The position numbers and the translations under genes are program-made. A stretch of DNA of 64,000 nt, taken from Catajapyx aquilonaris (taxonomy: Eukaryota). The stretch lies in assembly GCA_000934665.2 (NCBI GenBank), contig KZ538495.1, forward strand, positions 1-64,000. The letters run 5' to 3'. The notes under the pieces were generated by a model. It ran no database searches. It was not told the origin of the DNA and worked only from the letters and a program-made list of their open reading frames with translations. Shown here one piece after another: positions 52,022-63,700 of the stretch (its first letter is position 1; every line of letters starts with the position of its first letter).

Positions 52022-54543
52022 ATGCAAGTGCACCCTATACTCAAGTATGTCCAGGTATGCCTGGCATGAATGATGTATGCAGTTGGACACTTATTTTCAG
52101 GGTGAGTATACTGTACCTTGGGATGTTTGGTATACATACGTTACACAAGATCTGAAGACCAAAAAAGGAACTCTGCTTATATAGCCATGTAGCTGTTTTC
52201 CACTATAAGAAAAAAAATAGTTACCTTAAGGCTTAAGCAACTGATTGTAACTGCTACACTTTGCTCCCGAGTTTTCTGAGGTAACAAAACATGTTCTAAA
52301 AATCTACTTTATTCCAGCATCTGTGTATAAGTGCAAGTGCTAAAAAGTACATGCTTATAATAAACATGACATTGTTATTTCACATTAATGTGGCCACTAG
52401 TAACTGTTCAAATATTGTTTGCTTTCAGGACCGAGTGGTAGCCTTCCTGCTCTTGGCGTTATCATCTGCATCCAACGTGCTGTCAGGAGACACATACGAC
52501 GTAAAAAAATCGCCTGTTTGCTTTACATTTACGTGCATTGCCTGATTTTTCGGATGACATATTCATGGGCCAGGGAGTGCTGGGTTAGGCTATACCGCAT
52601 TACATCTGTCCACATTTGACTGCATGCAAACGAAATATTACTGGAATGATGCTGGCTTGGTTACGTGACAGGAATTCATTCCACTGCCGCTTCCTTTGGA
52701 ATTTTTTCAAACCTCTGGGAGCAGTATCTGCTCAACAGGTGTAATCATAGTTGGCACTTGGCAGAAGGTATTCGACTCGTCGACATCTATAGATACCGTG
52801 CTTTTTTCCTGGAATTATTAGGAAACTAGTATTCACGCTTCAAAGGGGGATGTGGCCAGATTGCATGTCTCGCATTAGTCCATTTTGGATTTATTAGAGA
52901 TGGAAATGATACGGAGCGTTCGTGGCCGGAGCATCTTTTTTGAAATTTGGTAATCTAAGTTAAAATATGCACGGATTTCAGTGAGTTGTCAATTAATTTT
53001 GTTCTGATTTGTATTCCAAGTCATATATGCTCGTTTCTATACCATTTCATATATTTTTCCCTCTCTGCTTGTAACAAGGTTTTCTCCCTCAGGCATATCC
53101 TCAATATGCATATTCGTATCGTGTCGACGACTCCGAGCGAGCGTTGCACCAGGGGAAAATCGAGCAGCGAGTAGGAGAGGTAGTGGAAGGTCAATACAGT
53201 TATTTGGACCCTGCCGGCACGAATCGCACTGTCAGCTATAAGTAAGTATCAATATACAGGCCGCATCATTACGTATTAGCGGTGACAATTAATGCTGACT
53301 TATTAACAGAGCAGACGAAACTGGATTCCACGCATACATTGACGAACGTCCTGGAAACTTTGTTCCCGTGAGTGGAGAACCTGTTGTTCCAATAAGTGAA
53401 GGAACAGTTATCCCCATAAATGGAGGAGTTACTCCCATTGACACAAACACAGTGGTTAATAACAACCCAGTCACAACTTCTGATGATGCTGTGGTGGTTG
53501 AAGCTGCTCCGAGGATAAGAAATTCTGAACCGACGAATGATGCCAACTCTCGAGGTTCCTCTCCGATTCCAGTCCTGCACAGCCGTCCTGGTATGAATAC
53601 TGAGCGTTTCATAATGATTCGGACAAACTTCTAAGCTTAGAGAACTCCTGGGGCCCTAAACAGCACTTTACACGTGGGAGACGTCATTTTGGTCTCGGAA
53701 TCCTGTCGTTACCGACCTGTACAAGGTGTGAATATCCTGGCAGGTACTCGCCCCTGTGCGCAATCTTACATTATTAATTGAAAATATATTTCATTTTAAC
53801 ACCGACAGTGGGCATTTAGAAGTTTGTCTGGTTTATTATAAAACGTCATGAAATTAAACCCTGCATAATCACCACTGATTACTCTTGGCATTCCAGTTCC
53901 AACAGGAATAACTGCTGCAGCTCTTGCTCAGGACAGAAATGCAGAAACCCGCCACTTCGAGGCAGGGCCTGTCAGAGTCCTTCTTCCTCCATTTCATACC
54001 TTGAACAATGATCCATTGTTTATATTGCCTGCGCCAGACTTCCGAGGCCCTCAGCAGGTGTTAGGCTTAGTTCCGCATCGGTATGCTGAACCTGCGATTG
54101 AGCAACATTTAGTTCAGCAGCCACTGGTACGACAACCATTGGTTCAACCCTATCCTGTTCAGCAGCCACCTTTAGTCCAGACCCTCCAGTCAACGTTGGC
54201 ACAACCCCTTGTTCGCCAGCCAGTTGTCCAACACGTAGTTCAACAGCCAGTATTTCTTCGTCAACCTCCGGTTCATCAGCGCCAAGTTCATCCTCAACCA
54301 GTGCCTAATCGTCATCATGTCCAGCCTCTTCATCATCATCAGCGTCCAAGTCAACACCTTGTTCGTCAACCTCCGCCACTGTCTCCTTTACAGCGAGTAA
54401 AGAACAAACTGCACAATTTCTTGGTCATGTCAGCTCAAAAAGCATTTTCCGTATATCCAGCTCTGAGGACACAACTGGCACCCTACCACTTACGTCAGGA
54501 TTCCCCCATTGTTGTCCTAAGTGCTGCTTGCAATGCTAAATAA
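52022..54543 (+). CDS. Cuticle protein with RR-2-type chitin-binding R&R (Chitin_bind_4) domain, signal peptide and Q/P/V/H-rich C-terminal tail, about 393 aa. Exons: 52022..52054 (or 52066..52101), 52429..52500, 53093..53241, 53310..53590, 53897..54543
   Basis: Splicing gives ...DRVVAFLLLALSSASNVLSGDTYD|AYPQYAYSYRVDDSERALHQGKIEQRVGEVVEGQYSYLDPAGTNRTVSY(K)ADETGFHA, which fits the extended R&R consensus. All junctions are GT-AG and frame-compatible with ORF-track entries 53368..53634 and 54001..54543. TATATAAA lies at 51964. The first exon is uncertain and the 52501 donor (gtaaaa) is weak. Confidence 0.85.
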
Positions 54544-56263
54544 AACCAGGGATGTTTTGTGGAAATATTGTTATGGCCTTGCTATGCCCTATTATAATTA
54601 TACAGTTATACCTCAATATTGAAATAAAAAATAGCCAAGTGTTTAAAATAATAAACCCATGTTACAGACTTCTGCTGATTTGCCCTAGAAATTGCATTAT
54701 CCACAGGGCTACATATCTTAATGCCATCCATTCATAGAGTATTTGTGGGCGATAAGTGTTTCGCATTTAATTGAAGCTGGGAAATGGTACATAAGGCCGC
54801 AGACTATGTAGGAACAATGAACGCTTAGTACGACCGAAACGGACATAAACCGCATGATATACTTGTCGACAAAGCTTGCCAACTAGGCAACGCTGTTGTC
54901 GTCGCACATTTTGCCCTTTATTACTTGGGCGTGTGAGAAACGGCCTTGTCGTCCGTGTGTCGTTATATCCTTTCCGACGATTCAGTGTCTACTGCAACGT
55001 CAGCAATAAACTATACATCTTGTACAGGTACTAATGTACTATTTTATTGATCATGTATCTTCATAGCACTTCATAGCAATATATTGGTTCTTCGACACTC
55101 ATTGTAACTGTTGCATAAAGTGAAGGTAAAAATGGTAGAACTGATTACTGTCTCTATTAGCACATTAAAATGAATGTTCCTTTGAGGCTTTTATAGAGTC
55201 AGGCCATTCTCTAATCGAAAATGAGTCCTGAGACCTGAGGGATAATATCAGCTTAGAAAGACGGTAGACCTTTAAGTCACAGAAAGAATTACGTATTATG
55301 AATAAAAATTATCCGAGATGATTGCTTTTAGAAATGAGGGCAACGGAATCAGAGGAAAAATTTCATCATCAGGCAATTACATAGCCAGTATATTTGACAA
55401 GTAAAACTGATAGTCAATTGCTCCCCGTCAGTTTGTCAATGGCTATCAATTACTACATGTAAGTAAGCAAATTTTAACGACAGGACTCGTCTCGAGGTCA
55501 TATGCATCGTCGTGCATTTGTGTCTGAATAGAACCAATTTGAGTTTCAGAAGGGCATATTGTGAATCAGCAACCAATTCTCCTGAAATCGGATATGACGC
55601 ATGAGTCTTTTGCCACACATTCTGTAGCTTAACTAACTTAGATATGAATATAGCCTAGATATAGCTACTAAATCAATACCAGCTCTATACATTGTCGATG
55701 TATTGAAATGCAGATAGGATTGTGCGCAAAAATAGTTCTCTGATCAAATCAAATATTCAAATATTCATTGTCGTCCGACATATACCATCTGATGATTCAT
55801 TGGGACCTTGCTGCATGTAAAATTCCACCAAAATCAGAATGATGAAGTCAGAAATGGATAGTAATCAACGCCATTATCTAGATTAAATCTACCAGGTTTC
55901 AAAGAAGTGGTCAAAATATTTGCATCACGAAAGGTTACCTGTGTCACCTCAACTAAATAGGGTGTATCACTACTGCGCTGCTCTACTCTGTAAATAAATT
56001 CGAGTAGGCCTATAATTAGGCTGCATGAGATAATATTGTGCGTATGCAATCCTTTCATTCCGAGAATGTGTATCCGGACTATTTTTGCTGATCGTTTCCT
56101 GTATTGTTTGCCAAGGTCGCATTCGATTAGCATTGGCACATATTTTGCCACGAATCCACGATGCAACAGTACCTTGCATGAAAAAGGGGCACTTGGTTGT
56201 GTATAGAGCTGATGGGCTCAGGCTACAGATATTAACTGAGGTATTTGCAATTATGAATAATGA

Positions 56264-56264
<1 letters not shown>

Positions 56265-56351
<87 letters not shown>
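56265..56351. repeat. (ATT)n microsatellite, about 29 units
   Basis: Read directly. It explains the spurious poly-Ile ORFs in the track. Confidence 0.95.
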
Positions 56352-56354
<3 letters not shown>

Positions 56355-58155
56355 ATCGCCCAGTTGTAAAATATAGAACTATTTCAAATACCGATAGCCA
56401 AAAAGATATTTTTTCCAATCTTCATACAACATGCATATCCATTTTTGTCCTACGGGGCGTAATATTATTGTCCGATAGAGCCTGGCACGTGTCGGTAAAA
56501 GGGCATGTTATAGGAGCATACTCTCATGTGTGATTATCTCATATCTTTGCAATTTCTAATCTAACTTCAACAGAAATGACCTGCTGAAATTGCAGCCTGC
56601 AGGCAGGGACAGGCAGGCAACTAGGTGAGTTTGTTTAGGTAGAGTTGCAAATATTTGTTAGATTTTTTTCTTCTGAATTTCCTGTTATGTCAAGCATGAT
56701 GCTGGAAGGTGTAGTAGACTATTTTTAAATCCATTCTTGCAAGGCAGTTACATGCACCCATTGCTTTATCTTATTAATGTCATCCCTTAACTGCTAACTC
56801 AAATCCAATATTGCGAAAATAAGAGACTCGTAAATAGGGTGTCAAGTCATAATATTAATATTTTACGTCATTAGATGCCATGTACACTCTGGCCCAGCTC
56901 TGGTCTATATTTTTCAATAAAAGTAACCGCTAATTTGCTGTGGACATCTAATCGAAAACGCCTTTAAAATAGCATTTCTTTGGGTCACGTGGGTTCTTCT
57001 TTTGAATATGCCTATTTCAATTCAATATGTTATTTTGTCATTTTAATATATTTCGGCAGATTATGGACAACTGCGAAATGTAAAATGATGAGTATTTTAG
57101 TTATGCAGTGTAGTCTTATAAAGCCTGAGCGATAACCTAACTAGTATGGCCTAATTATGTAAGTGCCACTTTCCTTCCAATCATGGGAAGAGCATAGATG
57201 ATATCGTCCAAGGATGTCGCCATTGCTTTTCCTATGAAAGAGAAAAGTAATGGTAACAAAATATTGACCGCCATCAAAGTCATGTGAAATGCGCCCAGAT
57301 GAAGGACCTGCTTTACTGAGATTACTTTTTAATAATATAAAAACCCCTACAAAATTATTAATATTTATTTTACACGAGCATGATATTGTGTACATTTTTA
57401 AAACATTCTTTGAGTGAAAATCGTTCTCCATCTGACTACCATGAAAGAAAGATGGCCGCCCCCAGCTGCTCGCAATTGTACCGCTTGAACTTATTGCCTT
57501 CTGCTTTAATTGCTTGCGTAACATCTCTTCATCAGCCCGCATGTGTTTGACACATTTACCTTGAATTTTAACTCTTTCCGCACGTGACCTTCTTCATCAT
57601 AGTGAACTACCAGTATTCCTAGTTGCAGGTAATGTGAAGATATTTCCAAATTTAACTGAGACCTACTGGGTATACTTCCCAGCCCAAAATGTTGCGAAGC
57701 AATTTGGCCATAGTGGTTAGATTAGTGCCCTCACTGCTCATTATATGGAGGTCATTCGGCACCCTCGACACATCATCTATTGTCTGAGGGGATGTGATAG
57801 ACTCCCCTTGCATTATTCTGTTGAAACCTCTCACTCTTACTTACAGTTTCACGTACATTTTTCTGAGCTGCCAAGCCTAACCAACTGCATGATTTTCAAC
57901 CTGAAGAAAGCTTCTAACTAGTCTCCACAGGGCCTTGTGTGTGATAGTATGTAGTTTGTTGTGATATTTTGTTAATCCTGGCATATCCCACGTGCACTTT
58001 TGTTGCTTAAATCTCAACATATTTTGTCCAAAAACTACTGCATATACAACTACAAATATCAACAAGTGAGCACCATTTTCCTTTCACGATATTATATATT
58101 TGCCATGTATGACTGATCGTTACTTCTATTTCAGATTTATTTGTGTAAAGAGAAG

Positions 58156-60041
58156 ATGCCAAGGTCTACTTTCGACTTGGTTGGATCTAAACGTATATAC
58201 CTTGTGGATGCCCTTGCCATATTATTTGGCATAGCATCATGGATCAGCATCAATGGGCTGTGGGTTGAAGTTCCTCTGCTGGTAGAGTCTCTTCCTGAAG
58301 GATGGAAGCTGCCATCATACCTTGCAGTTGTTGTACAGGTGGCCAACATTGGCCCTGTGGCTTATGGCATTGCAAAGTCATTTCGGCCCAACCAGGTCAA
58401 TGAGACCTATATTATATATGGTGTTCTTATAATTGGAGCAATTGCATCACTGTGTCTGGCCACCATCTGGGAAAAGACAGCCATTGTTTTGGGAAACCCA
58501 CACAGTGTTGCTCTCATAGTACTCACATTTTTTCTGGCCACTGTGGACTGCAGCAGTTCAGTACTGTTTATGCCATTTATGGCTGTATTCCAAAAGACAT
58601 ATCTTACATCATACCTGATTGGAGAAGCGCTTAGTGGGTTCATACCAAGTGTTGCGGCCTTAGCGCAGGGAATTGGAGGAGGACCTGCATGCATGAATGA
58701 GACTAGTGGTGGCAATGTTACTTTTAAGAAGGCCGTGTATCCACCACCACGGTTTTCAATTGATGCATTTTTTTACTTTTTACTGGGTATGATGGCCTTG
58801 AGCACAGCAGCTTTTACCATGTTGAATGTTCTTCCATCTGCAAAAAAGGCAAGGATTCAGAAGGATGCAGCTGCAGCCACAGTTCAAGCAGATCCAAAGA
58901 CATCCCCACCTGAGAACCCTAGTGATTCACTGTTGCATAGCACAACCTTGCACCGCAAGTACTCGTGCGAAAGCATCAACAACCCTCACACTAGCAAAGG
59001 ATCTATGTCAGGCCCCATGTTTGCTTATTTACTGTTTCTTCAGGCATGGATCTGTACATGCAAGAATGGGGTGTTCACAAGCATTCAAACTTATTCCACT
59101 CTCCCATATGGCAATCTGGTCTTTCACTTGTCTGTGGCACTATCGAGCATGGCCAGCCCTATTGTATGCTGCTTAGCATTCTTTCTTTCCACAACCAATG
59201 TGCATGTTGTTACAACACTCACAGGGCTTGGGACCATTGTTGCTGGCTACATTATGGCACTGGCCGTCATGAGTCCCACACCACCAATGATGGATTCAGC
59301 TACTGGCCAGGCACTTGTGGTAAGTTGATTTTGCTTATTTTCATCAGCCAGCACATCTAGCTGGCCATGTATTGCTCAAATGGAAAAATCAGCTTGTGTT
59401 TATTGGTTCATGTGACAACTGGAGAAATTTCTCACTTGAGCTGAATCAATAGGCTTGAGTTGAATAACTCACACCCCTGTGGTAATTATCATCTGCATAA
59501 ATTTGGGAATGCTTGCATTATTTACTCTAAGTAGGAGTATTGACTTCTGCTGGGATAAACCGGAGAGATCCTATTCTTATATTTGCAGACTTTCCCCTGT
59601 TGGTGTCATGGAAAGAGTGTCTGCAGAGTACCAGACTGTGCATCAGATACCAGTATCTGATATTCGCATCACTGTACTGTTGCATATCATATTTCATTCA
59701 TTGCACCTGGTATTCTGTGGATTCCCTCACCAGGTCATTAATAGAGGGCCGTCTGAGCAACACTTTTGGCTACTGATGTCAAATTCATTGCAAATTGTGT
59801 GAAATGAGGAATATCAGACTAAATATTTGTAATTACTTTCCAGATACTGGCATGGATCTTGTTCTCCAGCCTGTTTACATACGCCAAGCTGTGTATTGCA
59901 ACACTTTGTCGCATCCGAGGCCACCAAGCTCTCTTTTACTGTGGGGCCATCACCCAATTAGGTTCATCTATAGGAGCATTTGTGATGTTTTTTGTTATCA
60001 ACTTTACGAACACTTTCAGGAGTTTTTCGCCATGTTTATGA
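58156..60041 (+). CDS. SLC52A: Solute carrier family 52 riboflavin transporter, about 453 aa, coding exons 58156..59319 and 59844..60041
   Basis: Family motifs are present: FGIASWISINGLWVEVPLLVESLPEGWKLPSYL, ANIGP, VDCSSSVLFMPFM, PPRFS, QTYSTLPYG, GAITQLGSSIGA. The intron GTG|gtaagt...tttccag|ATA is phase 0. An acceptor at 58133-58134 precedes the ATG, and AATAAA occurs near 60273. Confidence 0.93.
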
Positions 60042-60354
60042 TGGGAAATGGTTCATAGTTTATAGTAAATGCTCAATAATTCAGTATACTCTCCGGTGCC
60101 TTTTCCTGGGGTACTTATTTTGTGACCAGGATTGGTGCTCTGATACCATTTAGCTTTATCCATTCCTAAGAGCAGGCCCGTGCAAGTATTTTAGTGACTT
60201 TTAAGTATGAAATGTTTTGTTATATGAATAGTTTATTTGCAAGTGTTTTATAAATGGATTGAAAATTTTAAGAAATAAAGAGTTGAACGTTGTAATTTTC
60301 ACTATGCCTTGTGTTCAAATCTCAACTCATTAATTACAGTATTTAATAACCAAG

Positions 60355-60720
60355 GACAATGGGCGGAAGTTAATTCCACCCCACACATGCAGTGTGATGA
60401 TTGATGAACCTAAATGGGCGCCATTTCTCGTCTTGGAATCAAGTGAAATTCAGACAGGTGGCGTCTCCCGGCGTCTGGTGGCCCAAGCGCCCAACCTAGT
60501 ACCCAGCAGAATCAGTAGATGGGCTTCTGATAACGGCCGGCAGATGACACAACCAGGCCCTGACTGCTTTCACGTGCATCTGTATATAGTTGTTTAAATT
60601 AAATTACATAATATTTCGTAACTCGGATTTATATGAATTGAACTGCTAGTGCACTCCAGCTGATATGAGACATTGCATTTCGTAACCCTATCGTTATCAG
60701 TCAATAAGCCAGAGAGGATA
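60355..60720 (+). promoter_or_regulatory. Candidate TATA-less housekeeping promoter of LDHD
   Basis: A locally CpG-richer patch between two CpG-poor gene bodies. It contains gggcggaagt (GC-box/ETS-like, 60361), cgccattt (YY1-like, about 60419) and CACGTG (60571). Confidence 0.45.
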
Positions 60721-60763
60721 GAGCGACACAGAGCATTGTAATCACAGCAACTCAACAGAAGTC

Positions 60764-63700
60764 ATGGTAAGGACATAGATTGAATGGTGCACTGGCATTG
60801 TGCATTACACCTGACATGTGCAATATGGTGCAATTGTCATTCCAGGATTTGCGTCATGTGATGAGGTTTTCCAGTGTTGCAGCCAAGGCCCTGCAGTTTG
60901 CCACACGCCGGGAAGCCAATGCTTCTGCTGTACGTCCCTTCATCACAAGCTTCACCACAGGGCTCAAAAATATGGGCTATAAGGGTGGATTTATTTGCCG
61001 TATAAATTTCCAGTGACAGGTCATGCAAGCACATTTGAAAAGGTTCAGAAGTGAATTTTAACACTTAACTAGTAAGGTGGGGTCATTTTTGACCCCAAGC
61101 TACTCGACCCAAGCTTACTCGAGACCCCACCTTACTAGTTAAGTGTTAACAGGATGACACTGAGGATATCTCACCTTTATCGTGTGCTTGTTGAACTGTG
61201 CCGTTGGGCCTGTTATAATTATGGTAGTCTTTTTCTTCCCCTTTAGAAGGGAAAAGGGATGCACAGGAATAAAATTTTTATAGATCACTGTCAAAATGTC
61301 CGCAGCAAAAGCTATGTTCAATTGAACTATGATTAAGGCCTTGTTATTGGCTGACAGGTTGCATTGCAGGTTTTATTCAAATACAGGTTTGAACGAAATT
61401 GATGTCGCAGTATATGCATGATGCATGCATCTCTTGCTAATAGTTCATATTACTCGTTTAAAAAAAACAACAAAAAAACAGCATAGATACCATAAACTCT
61501 GCGAGTGGGTAGATATGAATTCAATAAAAGGGGTGATTTGGTGACACATGCATGTAATGAATTTATATTCATATTACAAGTGCACTGCTTACAGAATTTT
61601 GCTATTCATTTGTCTGACAGTTTTTAACATAAAATGTAAATGGGACGATAATTCAAAAGCAATTCCTGAAGTCGCCAGGAATTAAAAGTGGGAAATCTTG
61701 AACTTGTTATTACTATTCCTGAAGCATAATTGGAGGGGCAGAATTGGTAACAAGTTTCATTGTGAAACATCACATATATCATTCATTTTCAGATATCACC
61801 TATTAAGGAGAGAGTGCATTCCATTGTTGGTAAGGCAAATGTGTCCAGCTCTCAGGCAGTGCTTGAGCAGCACTCAAAAGATGAGGGACCACACCAAGGA
61901 CACCTGCCGGACCTGGTTGTTTGGCCACAGTCCACTGATCAAGTGTCACAGGTGGTGCAGCTGTGCCAAGCTCATGGAGTCCCCATGATCCCATTTGGAA
62001 CTGGCACTGGCCTTGAGTCAGGGGTCAGTGCTCTGCAGGTGTGTCCTCTCTCCTCTAAACAATATAAAATGCAATGTAATGCTTATGGATCACAAGGTAT
62101 TGGGAATGTACTGAGAGTGCCGTTTACACATGCCTTTCTAATTAAAGGGAGGAGTTTGTATAAATGTGAGCAAGATGGACCAAGTTGTTGCCTTCCATCC
62201 ATCTGACTTTGATGTGACCGTTGAACCAGGAGTGACAAGAAAAGGTCTCAATCATCATGTAAAGGACGCAGGACTGTGGTTCCCAATTGGTGAGGCTCCC
62301 AGGAGTTTGTTTCTAGATTTTGACAAGCTTTCGGAATTTATTAGACCCATTTCCACCAAACTTACTAACTGTCAGTTAAGCCTGTAGTTGTAAAAAAAAG
62401 CACACAATTTCAACTGATTGGGAAGGGGGGGGGATTACATTTTTCCTGCAAATAGTCAAATTTTCCATGATATCTTTAGCATTCTATGTCCATCATCAAT
62501 TTTTATCATTAATGACTTTGCCTGATGAAGGCTATTTACTATGAGCACCAAAGATATTTACGAAAAAGAGCCTGCCACAGGTACCATACATTCGAGGACC
62601 CAATCATTGCAACAATGGATTTCTGAAGGGACTCCCGGACTGATTGGGTCAGAGACTAAGTAGGGGTGAGGCAAATATTGCAATAAGTTTTTGAGGACTT
62701 ACATAAAAATTACTCAACATAATTTGTCTGTTACATTATTATCATTAGACTGCGAAATACAAACCCAATTTATTTAACTTGCCACACACAAATGCTTGTT
62801 TCCTATGAGATGTTACAAATGAAGACGTCAGGGGAAGAACGATCAAGGTCCACCTCAGGAGAAGCTGAGATATTCCAATTTCAAATTTTGAAGGCCCATG
62901 AGGTTCAATTTTGTACATCCCACTTTTGGGGCCTTCCATAGTGACCTGTGATCATTACTCCACCACCAAGACCAAACCATCATATTGTACCCTAGTGAAA
63001 TTATCTTCTGAGATATGTAACTCATTTTTTGACAAAAAGTGGACTTTGATCGTTCTTCCCCCAAGGTCTTCAAATGACAATAGAGGTGAGTGTTTAAATT
63101 TTAAAATGAAGTTCCTGTAATTGGTTACCCTGTGACAGCCATGTAGCCTTTTATGGGATCATCTTCCAAGCATGTGACTATTCATTCAATGCACTGTAAT
63201 TGATTTTTGTTGTAGGAGAATATGATAGAACCATGAGAAACTCCATGCGAACACAGGAGGAACCCATCAAAACTATTTCCACATGAGAAATTCCTCTGAC
63301 CTTACCAAGAGTAGATGAATTTTTAATGGGCTACTGACTTTACTTGTAAATTATTATAGATTCAGGCATTGAAGTTCTGTGGGGCTGTTACAAAAAACAT
63401 GAACAAATTGTTACATCAGTTTTTAAATATATAGATGATAATATGCTTATCAATGTCATTGACTTTTGAACTGGATGCGCAACTCATTACTTGTGATGAA
63501 AGGCACTATGTTTTGCATAATATGATAAGTTAATGACATATCAGGACTGAGGAAATAAGCTGTTATGTGCTGTAATCTTCATTGTTTAAACAACAAGTCA
63601 ATGATATGAGTCCTAGAATTATTAAACTTTGGCCTTATTTTTGTATTTGGGAACCAGAAATGCTCATTTACTGTATCTAAGGGTGTGTTCCATTCAATGT

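Noticed and set aside
55970..56369. Poly-Ile ORFs (and the poly-Asn ORF at 7834..8097)
   Set aside because: These are translations of (ATT)n microsatellites.
62521..62630. Possible intronic C/D box snoRNA (tgatga...ctga) in LDHD
   Set aside because: The C box is imperfect, the terminal stem is weak, and I could not recognise an rRNA-complementary guide.
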